Assembly (NCBI GenBank): GCA_965197645.1
Contig: OZ240219.1
Coordinates: 224,001-288,000 of the forward strand
DNA: 64,000 nt
Source: Dehalococcoidia bacterium
GTDB lineage: Bacteria > Chloroflexota > Dehalococcoidia > Plut-88900
Direction: 5' to 3'
The position numbers were made by a program, and so were the translations under genes. The notes beneath the pieces are model-generated. The model ran no database searches. It saw nothing but the letters and a program-made list of their open reading frames with translations, and was not told the DNA's origin. Shown here one piece after another: positions 18,804-28,248 of the stretch (positions within the stretch are counted from its first letter, which is position 1; each line of letters starts with the position of its first letter).

Positions 18804-19712
18804 TTATCCCCCGTGGAGTAGCCCTTTCGTAAGAGTGCGAAGGCGGTGCTTGAGCAGCACAGGAGCGAACAGCCTGGCTTTATCGAACCCGGAGAGGGCG
18901 GGACGGCGGCTCAACACGTCGTAGCCGCTCTGCTCGATGGCGTCCAGCACCTTCATCCCTCCCCTGCTGAACAGCTCCAGGTCCACCTTCAGCCCGTCGG
19001 ATACCAGGCCTACCAGTTCGATCCCCTGGTGGAAAAGCTGTCTGGCCCGGTCCACCTCGAAGGCCATCAGATCTCTGAACCTATCGTTGCGGCGTTTCGC
19101 TCTCAGGTCCTCTTCCGTGTATCCAAAGCGGTCCATATCCTCTAGGGGGATGTAGATTCTTCCCATGCCGAAGTCCCTGGAGACGTCCTGCCAGAAGTTG
19201 GCCAGCTGGAGAGCCGTGCAGGTGGCGTCGGCCAGCTGCTGGCGCTTCACATCCCTGTACCCGAACAGGTAGAGTACCATGTGGCCCACCGGGTTGGCCG
19301 AGTGGTCGCAGTAGTAGAGCAGATCGGAATAGGCGGGAAATCTATGCAGGCGCTGGTCCATCCGGTTGGCCTCGATCAGCTTGAGAAAGGGCTCCCGCGG
19401 TATCTCGAACCGCCGGATGGTAGTCTGAAGAGCCACCAGCACCGGATGCAGGGGCCGGCCTTCATAGCACCTGACCAAATCCTGCTGCCACTCGTCCAGC
19501 TGGGCCAGCCTATCGCCCTCCACTTCGTCGCCCAGATCGTCGACGGTGCGGCAGTAGGCGTAGACGTTGAAGAAGTGTTGCCGCAACTTCCTCGGCAACA
19601 GCCATGAACCGACGGTAAAGTTCTCGTAATGGGTCCTGGCGAGCCGTTCGCAGTACCGAAGACCCTCTTCCAAGGAGACTGTGGAGCCGACGGTCTGGAC
19701 TGTGAAGGCCAT
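18804..19712 (-). CDS. hpnC: hydroxysqualene synthase
   Basis: 'HYENFTVGS.LLP', 'DDLGDE', 'SANPVG', 'CTALQLANFWQDV..D'. Confidence 0.9.
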   Translation of the reverse strand: MAFTVQTVGSTVSLEEGLRYCERLARTHYENFTVGSWLLPRKLRQHFFNVYAYCRTVDDLGDEVEGDRLAQLDEWQQDLVRCYEGRPLHPVLVALQTTIRRFEIPREPFLKLIEANRMDQRLHRFPAYSDLLYYCDHSANPVGHMVLYLFGYRDVKRQQLADATCTALQLANFWQDVSRDFGMGRIYIPLEDMDRFGYTEEDLRAKRRNDRFRDLMAFEVDRARQLFHQGIELVGLVSDGLKVDLELFSRGGMKVLDAIEQSGYDVLSRRPALSGFDKARLFAPVLLKHRLRTLTKGLLHGG

Positions 19713-21635
19713 TCAGCCACCTCTGCCGTTGGACGACGACAGCCGCTTGTACCGTCCCAGGGCTATCAGCGGAAAGTAGGTGCGATACATATGATACTTG
19801 ATGAGAAAGTCCCTGGGGAATCCCGTGCCTGTGAAGTGATCTTCTTCCCACGTCCCGTCCTCGCCCTGGTGATCCAGCAGATAGTTTATGCCCCACCCTA
19901 CTGCGGCGGAATCGGTCTCCCCGGCTGCCATGAGCCCAAGCAATGCCCACGCCGTCTGCGATGCGGTGCTGGGCCCTCGGCCCCTCTGGGAAGGGTCATC
20001 ATAGGTGGCGCAGGACTCGCCCCACCCGCCGTCGGGCTGCTGGTAGTCCCTCAGCCACTGCACTGCGCGCTGAATGTAAGGCTGGCCCATATCCTCGCCT
20101 ATCTCCTTCAGTGCGGGCAGCACGGCGCCCAAGCCGTAGATGTAGTTGACGCCCCAGCGTCCGAACCACGCGCCGTCGTATTCCTGTTCCCGCTTCAGAT
20201 AGTCGAGGCCCCTGCCCACGGCCTGAGAGGTCTCCGGTTTACTTCCCTCCATACCCAGGAACTCGAGCACGTGGGCCGTTACATCCTCAGTGGGCGGATC
20301 GATGGTCTCACCGAAATCGCAGAAAGGTATCTTCGTCACGAACCTCTTGGTGTTGTCTTTATCGAATGCGCCCCATCCCCCGTTCCGGCTCTGCATGCCC
20401 AGCACCCAGTCGGCTCCTAGTTTCATCGCCTGGTCTTTCTCGTCCTGGGGCAGGTCCAGCAGCCGGAGGGCTATGAGAACCTCGGCAGCGTCGTCGATGT
20501 CGGGATACAGGTCATTATGGAACTGGAATGCCCAACCCCCGGGCTCCAGATCGGGCGCCTTGACACGCCAATCGCCCGCAACGGTGATCTGCTCGTCCAG
20601 CAGCCACTCTCCGGCCTTGAGCAACAATGGGTCGTCAGCCTCCATGCCCGATTCCCGGAGAGCGATGACGGACCAGGCGGTGTCCCACACCGGGCTGACG
20701 CAGGACTGGGTCCGGAAGGTGCCGTTCTCACTGATGGCGAACCCACGGAACCCCTCCAGCCCTTTGGCCATGACCGGGTGATCGACGGGATACCCCAGGC
20801 AATGAAGCGCCATCAGCGAGTAGACCCACGGAGGCTGGATGCCTGCCCAGCTCCCGTCCGGGTTCTGGTGCTCAAGTATCCACTGCTCCGCTTTTTTGAT
20901 GGCCTTCCCCCGGCCCGGCTTCAACGGGATCCGTTCCCAGACACGTAGGCCCTTGTCCAGCCAGATGAAGAAGGACTGCCAGCCTATTCCGGATGGTTTG
21001 CCGCGAACGGTGTATTTGAGTGGGCCGGAATCGGCGGGGAACAGCTCGTCGATTCGAGCGTATTCGGGTACCTCCCGCACGGGACGCTTGTTGAGAATTA
21101 TCAGCATCGCAATGATGGTGGGCCTGGCCCACGAGGAGAACTCGTACAGGTTGAAGGGTAGGGCCGTGGGCAGGAACATGATCTCCGGGGGCATCACCGG
21201 CGTGGCGTCCCAGGGCCACTGCCCAAACAGGGCCAGCCAGATCTTGGTGAAATTGCGGACCTTGGGAACACCGCCCCGGGACAGGATAAACTCCCGGGCT
21301 TTGGCCATAAAAGGCTCGTTGGGAGATTCGCCGGCCAGCTTCAATGCAAAGTAAGCCTCGACGGTTGCATTGAGGTCGCTGGGGCCACCGAAGTAGATCG
21401 GCCACGTGCCGTCGCCTCCTTGCGTCCTCTTGAGGTAGTTGACTATCTGGTCCCACCGCTCCCCATCGGCTACGTCCAGGAAGTGAGTAAGCATGAGGTA
21501 CTCGGAGGTGATGGTAGCGTTGGCTTCCAGTTCCGCCCACCAGTACCCGTCATCATATTGCCGATCGAGGAGATAGTCCTGGCAGCGCTTTATGGCCCAG
21601 CTCAGGTTCTCGGCGTCGGTCCTGGTACCAGTCAT
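19713..21635 (-). CDS. shc: squalene-hopene cyclase
   Basis: 'YPDIDD', multiple QW motifs (QNPDGSW, QSRNGGW, QQPDGGW), 'WFGRWGVNYIYG', 'TGTGFP'. Confidence 0.97.
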   Translation of the reverse strand: MTGTRTDAENLSWAIKRCQDYLLDRQYDDGYWWAELEANATITSEYLMLTHFLDVADGERWDQIVNYLKRTQGGDGTWPIYFGGPSDLNATVEAYFALKLAGESPNEPFMAKAREFILSRGGVPKVRNFTKIWLALFGQWPWDATPVMPPEIMFLPTALPFNLYEFSSWARPTIIAMLIILNKRPVREVPEYARIDELFPADSGPLKYTVRGKPSGIGWQSFFIWLDKGLRVWERIPLKPGRGKAIKKAEQWILEHQNPDGSWAGIQPPWVYSLMALHCLGYPVDHPVMAKGLEGFRGFAISENGTFRTQSCVSPVWDTAWSVIALRESGMEADDPLLLKAGEWLLDEQITVAGDWRVKAPDLEPGGWAFQFHNDLYPDIDDAAEVLIALRLLDLPQDEKDQAMKLGADWVLGMQSRNGGWGAFDKDNTKRFVTKIPFCDFGETIDPPTEDVTAHVLEFLGMEGSKPETSQAVGRGLDYLKREQEYDGAWFGRWGVNYIYGLGAVLPALKEIGEDMGQPYIQRAVQWLRDYQQPDGGWGESCATYDDPSQRGRGPSTASQTAWALLGLMAAGETDSAAVGWGINYLLDHQGEDGTWEEDHFTGTGFPRDFLIKYHMYRTYFPLIALGRYKRLSSSNGRGG

Positions 21636-22630
21636 GCAGCTGCCCTCATCTGGGGACGCCGTCGAAACCAGTCCACCGCTTCCTCCAGACCCTCCTCGAT
21701 AGGCGTCTGAGGCATACCCAGCTCCCGTACCGCCTTCGACGGATCGAAGTACATCGGCTTCCGGGCCATTCGGACTCCGGCAAGAGGGATCCTCGGCTCC
21801 CTGTTCAACAGGCCGGCGGAGAACCAGTTCTCCAGGCGAGCTGCTCCCAGGGCCAGCCAGTAGGGCATGCGGAACACCGGCGCCGCCCTCCCGACAGTCT
21901 CGGCCAGCATCTGAAACAGCTCTTTGAGGCTGGCGTTCCGGTTGCCGAGGATGTACTTTTCACCGGTCACCCCCTTCTGCAGTGCCTGTATGTGCCCTCT
22001 GGCCACGTCCCTCACGTGCACCACGTTCAGGCCGGTGTCCATGTACGCCGGCATCCGACCTTCGATGAAGTCCAGTACGATCCTGCCGGTAGGAGTGGGT
22101 TTCACGTCAAAGGGGCCCACCGGCGCCGTCGGGTTCACGGTCACCAGATCCAACCCCTTGGACAAGTATTTCCGCGACTCGATCTCAGCCAGGTACTTGG
22201 TCAGGTGATATCCATCCACCAGATCGTCGATACCGGCAGTACTGGTCTCGTTCGGATAGGCGCCGCCGCTCCAGTGCCCAAAGACCGAAGCGGTGCTGGT
22301 ATACACCACTCGCTCCACTTTGGCTTCGACCGCGGCATCCAGTACGTTCCGGGTCCCCTCAACGTTGACCCTGTCATGGGCCTTGGGATCACGACTCCAC
22401 AGCCTATAGAGGGCCGCTACGTGAAACACCACGTCGCATCCCTCGATGGCGCGAGTGAGGGAGGCCTTGTCCAGGAGGTCGCCGGTCACCGTTTCCAAGT
22501 CTACGTCGCGTATGGCAAGGGTATCGCTGCGGGGCCTGACCAATGCTCGGACTGGGAAGTTGTCCTTCACCAGCTCCCTGACCACGTTGGCTCCTATGAA
22601 GCCAGTGGCTCCCGTGACCAATGCCCTCAA
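21632..22630 (-). CDS. hpnA: hopanoid-associated NAD-dependent epimerase/dehydratase
   Basis: TGATGFIG, 'HVAALYRLW', YxxxK, 'DVKPTPTG'; overlaps the shc start. Confidence 0.9.
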   Translation of the reverse strand: MRALVTGATGFIGANVVRELVKDNFPVRALVRPRSDTLAIRDVDLETVTGDLLDKASLTRAIEGCDVVFHVAALYRLWSRDPKAHDRVNVEGTRNVLDAAVEAKVERVVYTSTASVFGHWSGGAYPNETSTAGIDDLVDGYHLTKYLAEIESRKYLSKGLDLVTVNPTAPVGPFDVKPTPTGRIVLDFIEGRMPAYMDTGLNVVHVRDVARGHIQALQKGVTGEKYILGNRNASLKELFQMLAETVGRAAPVFRMPYWLALGAARLENWFSAGLLNREPRIPLAGVRMARKPMYFDPSKAVRELGMPQTPIEEGLEEAVDWFRRRPQMRAAA

Positions 22631-23361
22631 GACAGGTCCCCCGCATGAAGGAAGCCGGCGGCGAAGATTGCCAGGTTACCGCTTGCGATCTTGGAGCTTC
22701 TCGACAGCCGGACCATGGGATAGATGTTCAGGGGATGGGTGGCAGCGTAAGTGAGGGCTCGACAGGTGGAGACCTGTCCCGTGGAATCCAGGATTGAAGC
22801 AAAGTTGGGAAGGCGCTGGTCAACGGTATCTGTAATTGCACGGACGACCAGCACCGGCAGATCGAACACAGCCGCGGCCTCGACCACCGGGTAGCTCTCC
22901 ATATCGATGGCCTCGACCCCGAGCTGCTCACCGATGAGCCGCTTGGCTTCGGGGTCGCTGATCGGCTCCGATACCGTTGCGCCAGGCCCCTCTCGGTAGG
23001 CTAGCCCAGCATCATCGAGGGTCTTGCGGGCCTTCTCCAACAACCCCTGGCTGCAGGTCAGAGAGCTGTCCTGGCGGCGTGCCTCGGTGTACAGGACCAG
23101 GTCCCCGGCTCTAGCCTGGCTGGAGGCTCCACCTGCGTACCCCATGCACACCAGGGCCTCCGGCTTGCACTTCTCTCGGAGCAAGGTCACCATCTCCCGG
23201 GACCTCTGCCCTCCGATACCAACCGTCGCCAGGGCCAACTCTTTGTCTCTATAGCTCCCTTCGATCAGATCTAGTCCCTCCATCTTGATGTGTGATTTGC
23301 GGTTCAGCGCCTTTTCGATTCCGGAAAGCTCTCGCCTCATGGCTGCAACAATGGCTAGCAA
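22627..23361 (-). CDS. hpnG: hopanoid-associated nucleoside phosphorylase
   Basis: 'GIG', 'GYAGG', 'AIDMES', 'VRAITD'; operon context. Confidence 0.78.
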   Translation of the reverse strand: MLAIVAAMRRELSGIEKALNRKSHIKMEGLDLIEGSYRDKELALATVGIGGQRSREMVTLLREKCKPEALVCMGYAGGASSQARAGDLVLYTEARRQDSSLTCSQGLLEKARKTLDDAGLAYREGPGATVSEPISDPEAKRLIGEQLGVEAIDMESYPVVEAAAVFDLPVLVVRAITDTVDQRLPNFASILDSTGQVSTCRALTYAATHPLNIYPMVRLSRSSKIASGNLAIFAAGFLHAGDLS

Positions 23362-23380
23362 TCCCGGTCCACCACTCAGA

Positions 23381-23728
23381 TCAGGCCGGATCGTCCCGCA
23401 AGTTGGACTTCGCTTTCATTCGCCGCTTGCGTTCCTGCCACGCCTCGTAAGACTTGCCTGCCGCCGTGTCTTTGCCGGTGAACAGGATGTTATCTATCTG
23501 GGAGTAAGGAAGCGAGAACGGCCCGGCTCCCGACTCATCGAAATACTCGATAAGTGAGTCGTCCCCGCTGCTGTTTCGGTTGAAAATGTACCCGACGGTC
23601 TCTGTGCCATCGGTCTTACGGATGGTCGTGTTGCCTCGATAGTCGTAGGCTATGTCGATAATCCGGGAGATGGTCAGGTCTCCCCCCGGTTCCGGTATCC
23701 AGCCCTCCAGACTCTTCTCTCCCGGCAT
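23381..23728 (-). CDS. hypothetical protein within the hopanoid operon
   Basis: 115 aa, 'AYDYRGNTT', 'GYIFNR', 'FTGKDTAAGKSYEAW'; co-oriented with short gaps. Confidence 0.75.
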   Translation of the reverse strand: MPGEKSLEGWIPEPGGDLTISRIIDIAYDYRGNTTIRKTDGTETVGYIFNRNSSGDDSLIEYFDESGAGPFSLPYSQIDNILFTGKDTAAGKSYEAWQERKRRMKAKSNLRDDPA

Positions 23729-23748
23729 AACAGACCCTTACTCCGGCC

Positions 23749-24771
23749 TCAAAGCTTGCCCGTCATCGTGGCAACCGCCGAGTTCTTGAGTCCCTTCCAG
23801 GTGGAGAATGTGCTGTCCACGGCCGTGGGCTCGAAGCCGCAGTGGACCATGCAGTCCATGCACTTCGGGTTGCCGCTCCGCTTGCCGTAGTCCTCCCATA
23901 GCGTCTCTTCCAGAAGCTCCTTGAAGCTGTGGGCATACCCTTCCTGGAGAAGGTAACAGGGCCGCTGCCACCCGAACATGTTGTAGGTGGGGTTGCCCCA
24001 GGGAGTGCATTCGTAGTCATGCTTGCCCATGAGAAACTGGAGAAACAGGGGAGACTGGTTGAACCGCCAACCCCGCTTCTTGTCTTCTAGTATCTCTGCG
24101 AAGAGCTGGTTGGTCCTGGTCCTGCGAAGGAAATGCTCCTGGTCCGGCGCCTTGGAGTAGCTGTAGCCCGGGGACACCATCATCCCCTCGACACCCAGGC
24201 CCATCATTTCGTCGAAAAACTCTCTCACCCTTAGGGGTTGAGCATTATCGAACAGGGTGGTGTTGGTGGTGACCCTGAACCCCCGCTGGACCGCCTCTCT
24301 TATTCCTTCCACTGCCCTGTCATAGGTCCCGTCCTGGCACACCGCCTCATCGTGCTCCTCTTTCAGGCCGTCCATGTGGACGCTGAAGCTCAGGTACTTG
24401 GAGGGTTTGAGCACCCCCTGTTCCAGCTTCTTCTTCAGCAGGATGGCGTTGGTGCACAGGTAGATATACTTCTTGCGGTCCACCAGCTCCTTGACCAGCC
24501 GCTCGATCTCCGGATAGAGCAGCGGCTCTCCTCCGGGGATGCTGACGATGGGCGCTCCACACTCGTCCACGGCCGCCAGGCACTGCTCGACGGTTAGGCT
24601 CTTCTTGAGTATCTGCGGCGGATACTGGATCTTGCCGCAGCCGGCACAGGCCAAGTTGCACTTGAAGAGGGGCTCCAGCATCAGTACCAGGGGGTACCGC
24701 TTCCTCCTGAGCAGCTTCTGCTTCAGGACGTAGCCGGCGACGGTCAACATTTGGGATATTGGTACAGACAT
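23749..24771 (-). CDS. hpnH: adenosylhopane synthase, radical SAM
   Basis: 'YPLVLMLEPLFKCNLACAGCGKI', 'CTPWGNPT', 'C.DCMVHCGFE'. Confidence 0.95.
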   Translation of the reverse strand: MSVPISQMLTVAGYVLKQKLLRRKRYPLVLMLEPLFKCNLACAGCGKIQYPPQILKKSLTVEQCLAAVDECGAPIVSIPGGEPLLYPEIERLVKELVDRKKYIYLCTNAILLKKKLEQGVLKPSKYLSFSVHMDGLKEEHDEAVCQDGTYDRAVEGIREAVQRGFRVTTNTTLFDNAQPLRVREFFDEMMGLGVEGMMVSPGYSYSKAPDQEHFLRRTRTNQLFAEILEDKKRGWRFNQSPLFLQFLMGKHDYECTPWGNPTYNMFGWQRPCYLLQEGYAHSFKELLEETLWEDYGKRSGNPKCMDCMVHCGFEPTAVDSTFSTWKGLKNSAVATMTGKL

Positions 24772-24786
24772 AGTGAGATCTAAGTT

Positions 24787-25809
24787 CTAGTGCTCCCGCT
24801 CCAGGAAGAAGGCGGCCAGCCCCTCCAGCTCGCCGCGGGTGGAGGATGAGATTCCCATCGAATCAACACGGGACAGCGCCCTTTCTCGCTGTTCGGCGGC
24901 CAGCGATTGACAGTACTCCCGGGCGCCCAGTCTACCCAGCACGGCCAGCACCTCGTTTACCTTGTCCTCGCTGGGCTCTCCAGCCTGGAATAAACTCTGC
25001 ACCACCTTCCGGTTCTCTCCCGAGGACTCGTGGAGGGCGTAGACCAGGGGAAGGCACATCTTCTTTCGCCGAATATCCGACGCTACGGGCTTGCCGGTGG
25101 TCTCTTCCTTGCCCCATACGCCGAGAACATCGTCCCGTATCTGAAAGACCAACCCCAGCTCCCGCCCGCACTGCTTGAAGGACTGTACGATATCCGGTGA
25201 ATCTACGCCGATCAGCGCTCCGAGATAGAAGGCGCACTCGATCAGAGCGCCCGTCTTCCTGGAAATCATGTCCAGATACTGATCGGTGGTGGTCTCGGTA
25301 CGCTCCTCGAAGCTGATGTCCAGGTACTGCCCTTCTATCATCTCCAGGCAGGCCTTTTCGAGGCCTGCGAGGGCAGATACGAGCTTTTCTTTGGGGTAGC
25401 CGCAACCTCCGTTGACCAAGGTCAGGGTCGCCAGGCCCCGCATGGAATCGCCTGCGTTTATTCCCTGGGCCTTGCCCCATATCGCCCACACCGTCGGCTT
25501 ATGCCGACGCTCTTCGTCGCCGTCCTGAATATCGTCGTGGATCAACGAGAAGTTGTGTACCAGCTCCAGGGATACGGCGGCGGGAAGGGCATCTTCCCAG
25601 TTTCCGCCCACGGCCTCGCAAGCCCACAGGCACATCATCGGCCTCAACCCTTTGCCCGAAGAGCCGGAGATGGAAGCACCGCAATCGTCGACCCAGCCCA
25701 TGTGGTACCGGAGCATGTCGTAGAGGAGTAGGCCGTCGCCATCTATCGAGGCCTTGAGCCTGGCATCCAGTACGGGGACATATTTGTCGAAACTCTTGGG
25801 AAGTGCCAT
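24787..25809 (-). CDS. polyprenyl (FPP/GGPP) diphosphate synthase
   Basis: 'GKGLRP', FARM 'FSLIHDDIQD', 'GQYLD', 'KTG', SARM 'FQIRDD'. Confidence 0.92.
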   Translation of the reverse strand: MALPKSFDKYVPVLDARLKASIDGDGLLLYDMLRYHMGWVDDCGASISGSSGKGLRPMMCLWACEAVGGNWEDALPAAVSLELVHNFSLIHDDIQDGDEERRHKPTVWAIWGKAQGINAGDSMRGLATLTLVNGGCGYPKEKLVSALAGLEKACLEMIEGQYLDISFEERTETTTDQYLDMISRKTGALIECAFYLGALIGVDSPDIVQSFKQCGRELGLVFQIRDDVLGVWGKEETTGKPVASDIRRKKMCLPLVYALHESSGENRKVVQSLFQAGEPSEDKVNEVLAVLGRLGAREYCQSLAAEQRERALSRVDSMGISSSTRGELEGLAAFFLEREH

Positions 25810-25832
25810 AGGGCGAACCGATACTCTAGTAA

Positions 25833-27746
25833 TCAGCTTTTTGAGGAAGGGTTGGTGGGGATCTCACCGAGTGCGGATGCTCCAAACAGGTCCGGGAATG
25901 CCGCCTTTGCTCTGCGGACTATGCCGGGGCCGTCCAGGTCCAGCACCTCCCGGAGCTTGGCTCTGGGCCCATGCTCGATAAACTGGTCCGGCACGCCCAA
26001 CATGCTCATCTTGACTCCCCTGGGCATGATCCGGGATATCAGCTCCGCCACCCCGCTCCCGAATCCCCCCATGAGGACGTGCTCTTCGAGAGTCATTACC
26101 CGACCGGTGCGGCTGGCGCTCTCCAGGATGAGCTTTTCGTCAAGGGGCTTGGCGTAGCGAGCGTTGATCACGGAACATTCAACCCCGCCGGCGGATAGGG
26201 TCTCGGCCGCCTCCATAGCCGGATAGACCATGGATCCGATGGCCAGCAGCGTCAGGTCGTCGCCCTCCCTTAGCTGCTCGCCCGTGCCGATGGGGATGGT
26301 CCGAGGCTCGGTGTCCAACTCGACGCCGTAGCCTGTTCCCCTGGGATATCGCACGGCGATGGGCCCGTCGTGTCGCAGGGCGGTGTGGATCAAATGCTGA
26401 AGCTCGTTCTCGTCCTTGGGAGCAGCGACCACCATGTTGGGAAGACACCGCAAGAACGCTATATCGAATATGCCCTGATGGGTCTTGCCGTCCTCTCCAA
26501 CCAGCCCGGCCCGGTCCACGCCCAGCACCACGGGCAGGTTCTGAACGCACACGTCGTGGACTATCTGATCGAAGGCCCGCTGGAAGAAGGTGGAGTAGAT
26601 GGCCACCACCGGCCTGAGGCCACCGCTAGCCATCCCCGCAGCCTCGGTAACGGCCTGCTCTTCGGCCACTCCGACGTCGAATATCCGCTCGGGGAACCGG
26701 CCCTGCACCTGGTTGAGGCCCGTTCCTTCCAGCATTGCCGCACTCAACCCAACGACTGCTGGGTTGGCCTCCATCTGGCGTTCCAGGGTATCGGCGAAGA
26801 CCTTGGAGTAGGTTGGGGCGCCGCTTACCGATGGCGCCGGCGAGCTGGGTTGGTGGTACTTTATCGGGTCCTCTTCGGCGGGGGAGTAGCCCCGGCCCTT
26901 ATGAGTGATGACGTGGACCAGAGGCGGCTTGTCGGTGTATCGCTTGGCACGTCGGATCACCTTTTCCAGCTCGGAGATATCGTGCCCATCGATAGGACCG
27001 ATATATCTGAACCCCATGTCCTCCCACATCATCTTGGGAAGTATGAGGCCTTCGATACCGTACTTTATCTTCTGCGCCAGCCTCCAGACGAACTCGCCCT
27101 GGGGCAACGCCTTGGCCAACGACCGGCTGCCCTCGACCAGGGATTGAAAGTCGGGCCGCAGGGTTATCTTGTCACGCCAGTTGGTCAGCCACCCTATGTT
27201 CTCGGAGATCGACATTCCGTTGTCGTTGAGTATGACCATCAGGTTGTTGGGGTGCTGGTGAGCGATGTTGTTCAATCCCTCATAGCTGAGGCCCGAGGTC
27301 AGCGCACCATCGCCCAATACGCCCACCACGTACCCGTCTTCATGGGTGAGCTTCAAAGCGGTAGCGACGCCGAGGGCGGCCGCCAGCCCAGTCCCGGCAT
27401 GGCCGGCGCCAAAGGTGTCGTAGGGGCTCTCGGAAGGCTCGGCAAAACCGGACATGCCGCCCATGGTCCTGATCCCCTCGAACTCCTCCTTACGACCGGT
27501 TACCAGCTTGTGGGTGTAGCACTGGTTGCTGGTGTCCCACACTATCCGATCTCTGGGGCAGTCCAAGGCGCGGTGAAGAGCGAGGGTCAACTCGACGATG
27601 CCCAGGTTGGACGCCATGTGGCCACCGTTCTTGGTGATGACATCGATAATCCTCTTGCGGATCTCCTGGGACAGCCGGTCCAGGTCCTTGAAGGAGAGGG
27701 TCTTCAGATCCTTGGGGCCGTCTATCCTGTCCAGTATCTGGGACAT
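25833..27746 (-). CDS. dxs: 1-deoxy-D-xylulose-5-phosphate synthase
   Basis: 'GGHMASNLG.VELT', 'GDG..T.G..YE.LNN', 'NDN.MSI', 'DRAGLVGEDGKTHQG', 'RYPRG'. Confidence 0.96.
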   Translation of the reverse strand: MSQILDRIDGPKDLKTLSFKDLDRLSQEIRKRIIDVITKNGGHMASNLGIVELTLALHRALDCPRDRIVWDTSNQCYTHKLVTGRKEEFEGIRTMGGMSGFAEPSESPYDTFGAGHAGTGLAAALGVATALKLTHEDGYVVGVLGDGALTSGLSYEGLNNIAHQHPNNLMVILNDNGMSISENIGWLTNWRDKITLRPDFQSLVEGSRSLAKALPQGEFVWRLAQKIKYGIEGLILPKMMWEDMGFRYIGPIDGHDISELEKVIRRAKRYTDKPPLVHVITHKGRGYSPAEEDPIKYHQPSSPAPSVSGAPTYSKVFADTLERQMEANPAVVGLSAAMLEGTGLNQVQGRFPERIFDVGVAEEQAVTEAAGMASGGLRPVVAIYSTFFQRAFDQIVHDVCVQNLPVVLGVDRAGLVGEDGKTHQGIFDIAFLRCLPNMVVAAPKDENELQHLIHTALRHDGPIAVRYPRGTGYGVELDTEPRTIPIGTGEQLREGDDLTLLAIGSMVYPAMEAAETLSAGGVECSVINARYAKPLDEKLILESASRTGRVMTLEEHVLMGGFGSGVAELISRIMPRGVKMSMLGVPDQFIEHGPRAKLREVLDLDGPGIVRRAKAAFPDLFGASALGEIPTNPSSKS

Positions 27747-27934
27747 AGGCGTCCACCCCCCTTTCGCTCCAAACTCAACTAGATTTACAACAGGAGCGCT
27801 GCTAGCTCGGGTATATCGTCAGCCGAGGTACTAGGCTAGCATACGTACCCGATGCCGTCAAACGCGGAATAGATCTTATCACCGGCCCCCTCCATGCGGA
27901 GGAACCATGGAGTGCCCTGAGAGGTTCAGTGGTC

Positions 27935-28232
27935 GCCCCACCCCCCGGATTGGTTTACCCTCCCATCCACCCTGGGACGTTCTATACATTGGCGGCACAT
28001 CCCCCAAACCCCCTGCCAGAGGGAAGCCCTTTGGACTCTTTGGGCTGCAGACTCCGGCTCCCCACCTGCGCCACTAGCAGGCTGATTAGACATGGGGTGT
28101 GCAGATGGGCGAAGCAATTTTTCTGAGACTGCCTGCTGGAGGCCGGGAGTCTGAGGGTGTCCCTCAGAAATTGTTTCCTTTTCTTCCCTCTTCCTGCTAG
28201 TAAGGGGAACAGGGGGATGGTCGAAAGGGATT
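27935..28232 (-). repeat. composite intergenic repeat, copy 1 (inverted relative to the copy at ~54172-54520)
   Basis: Shares 'CTCCCAyCCACCCTGGGACG', 'GCACAT(T)CCCCCAAACyCCCTGCCAGAGG', 'CCGGGAGTCTGAG...CTCAGAAA' and 'AGGGGGATGGkCGrAA' with the reverse complement of copy 2; ends approximate. Confidence 0.85.
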
Positions 28233-28248
28233 TTCTCAACATCCTCCT

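Noticed and set aside
20480-20512. SHC motif DIDDAA instead of DxDDTA
   Set aside because: The catalytic DxDD is intact; a single T-to-A change is too weak to claim a new product.
27926-28242. ORFs spanning the intergenic repeats (also 54250..54505)
   Set aside because: They are translations of the repeat element without protein motifs.
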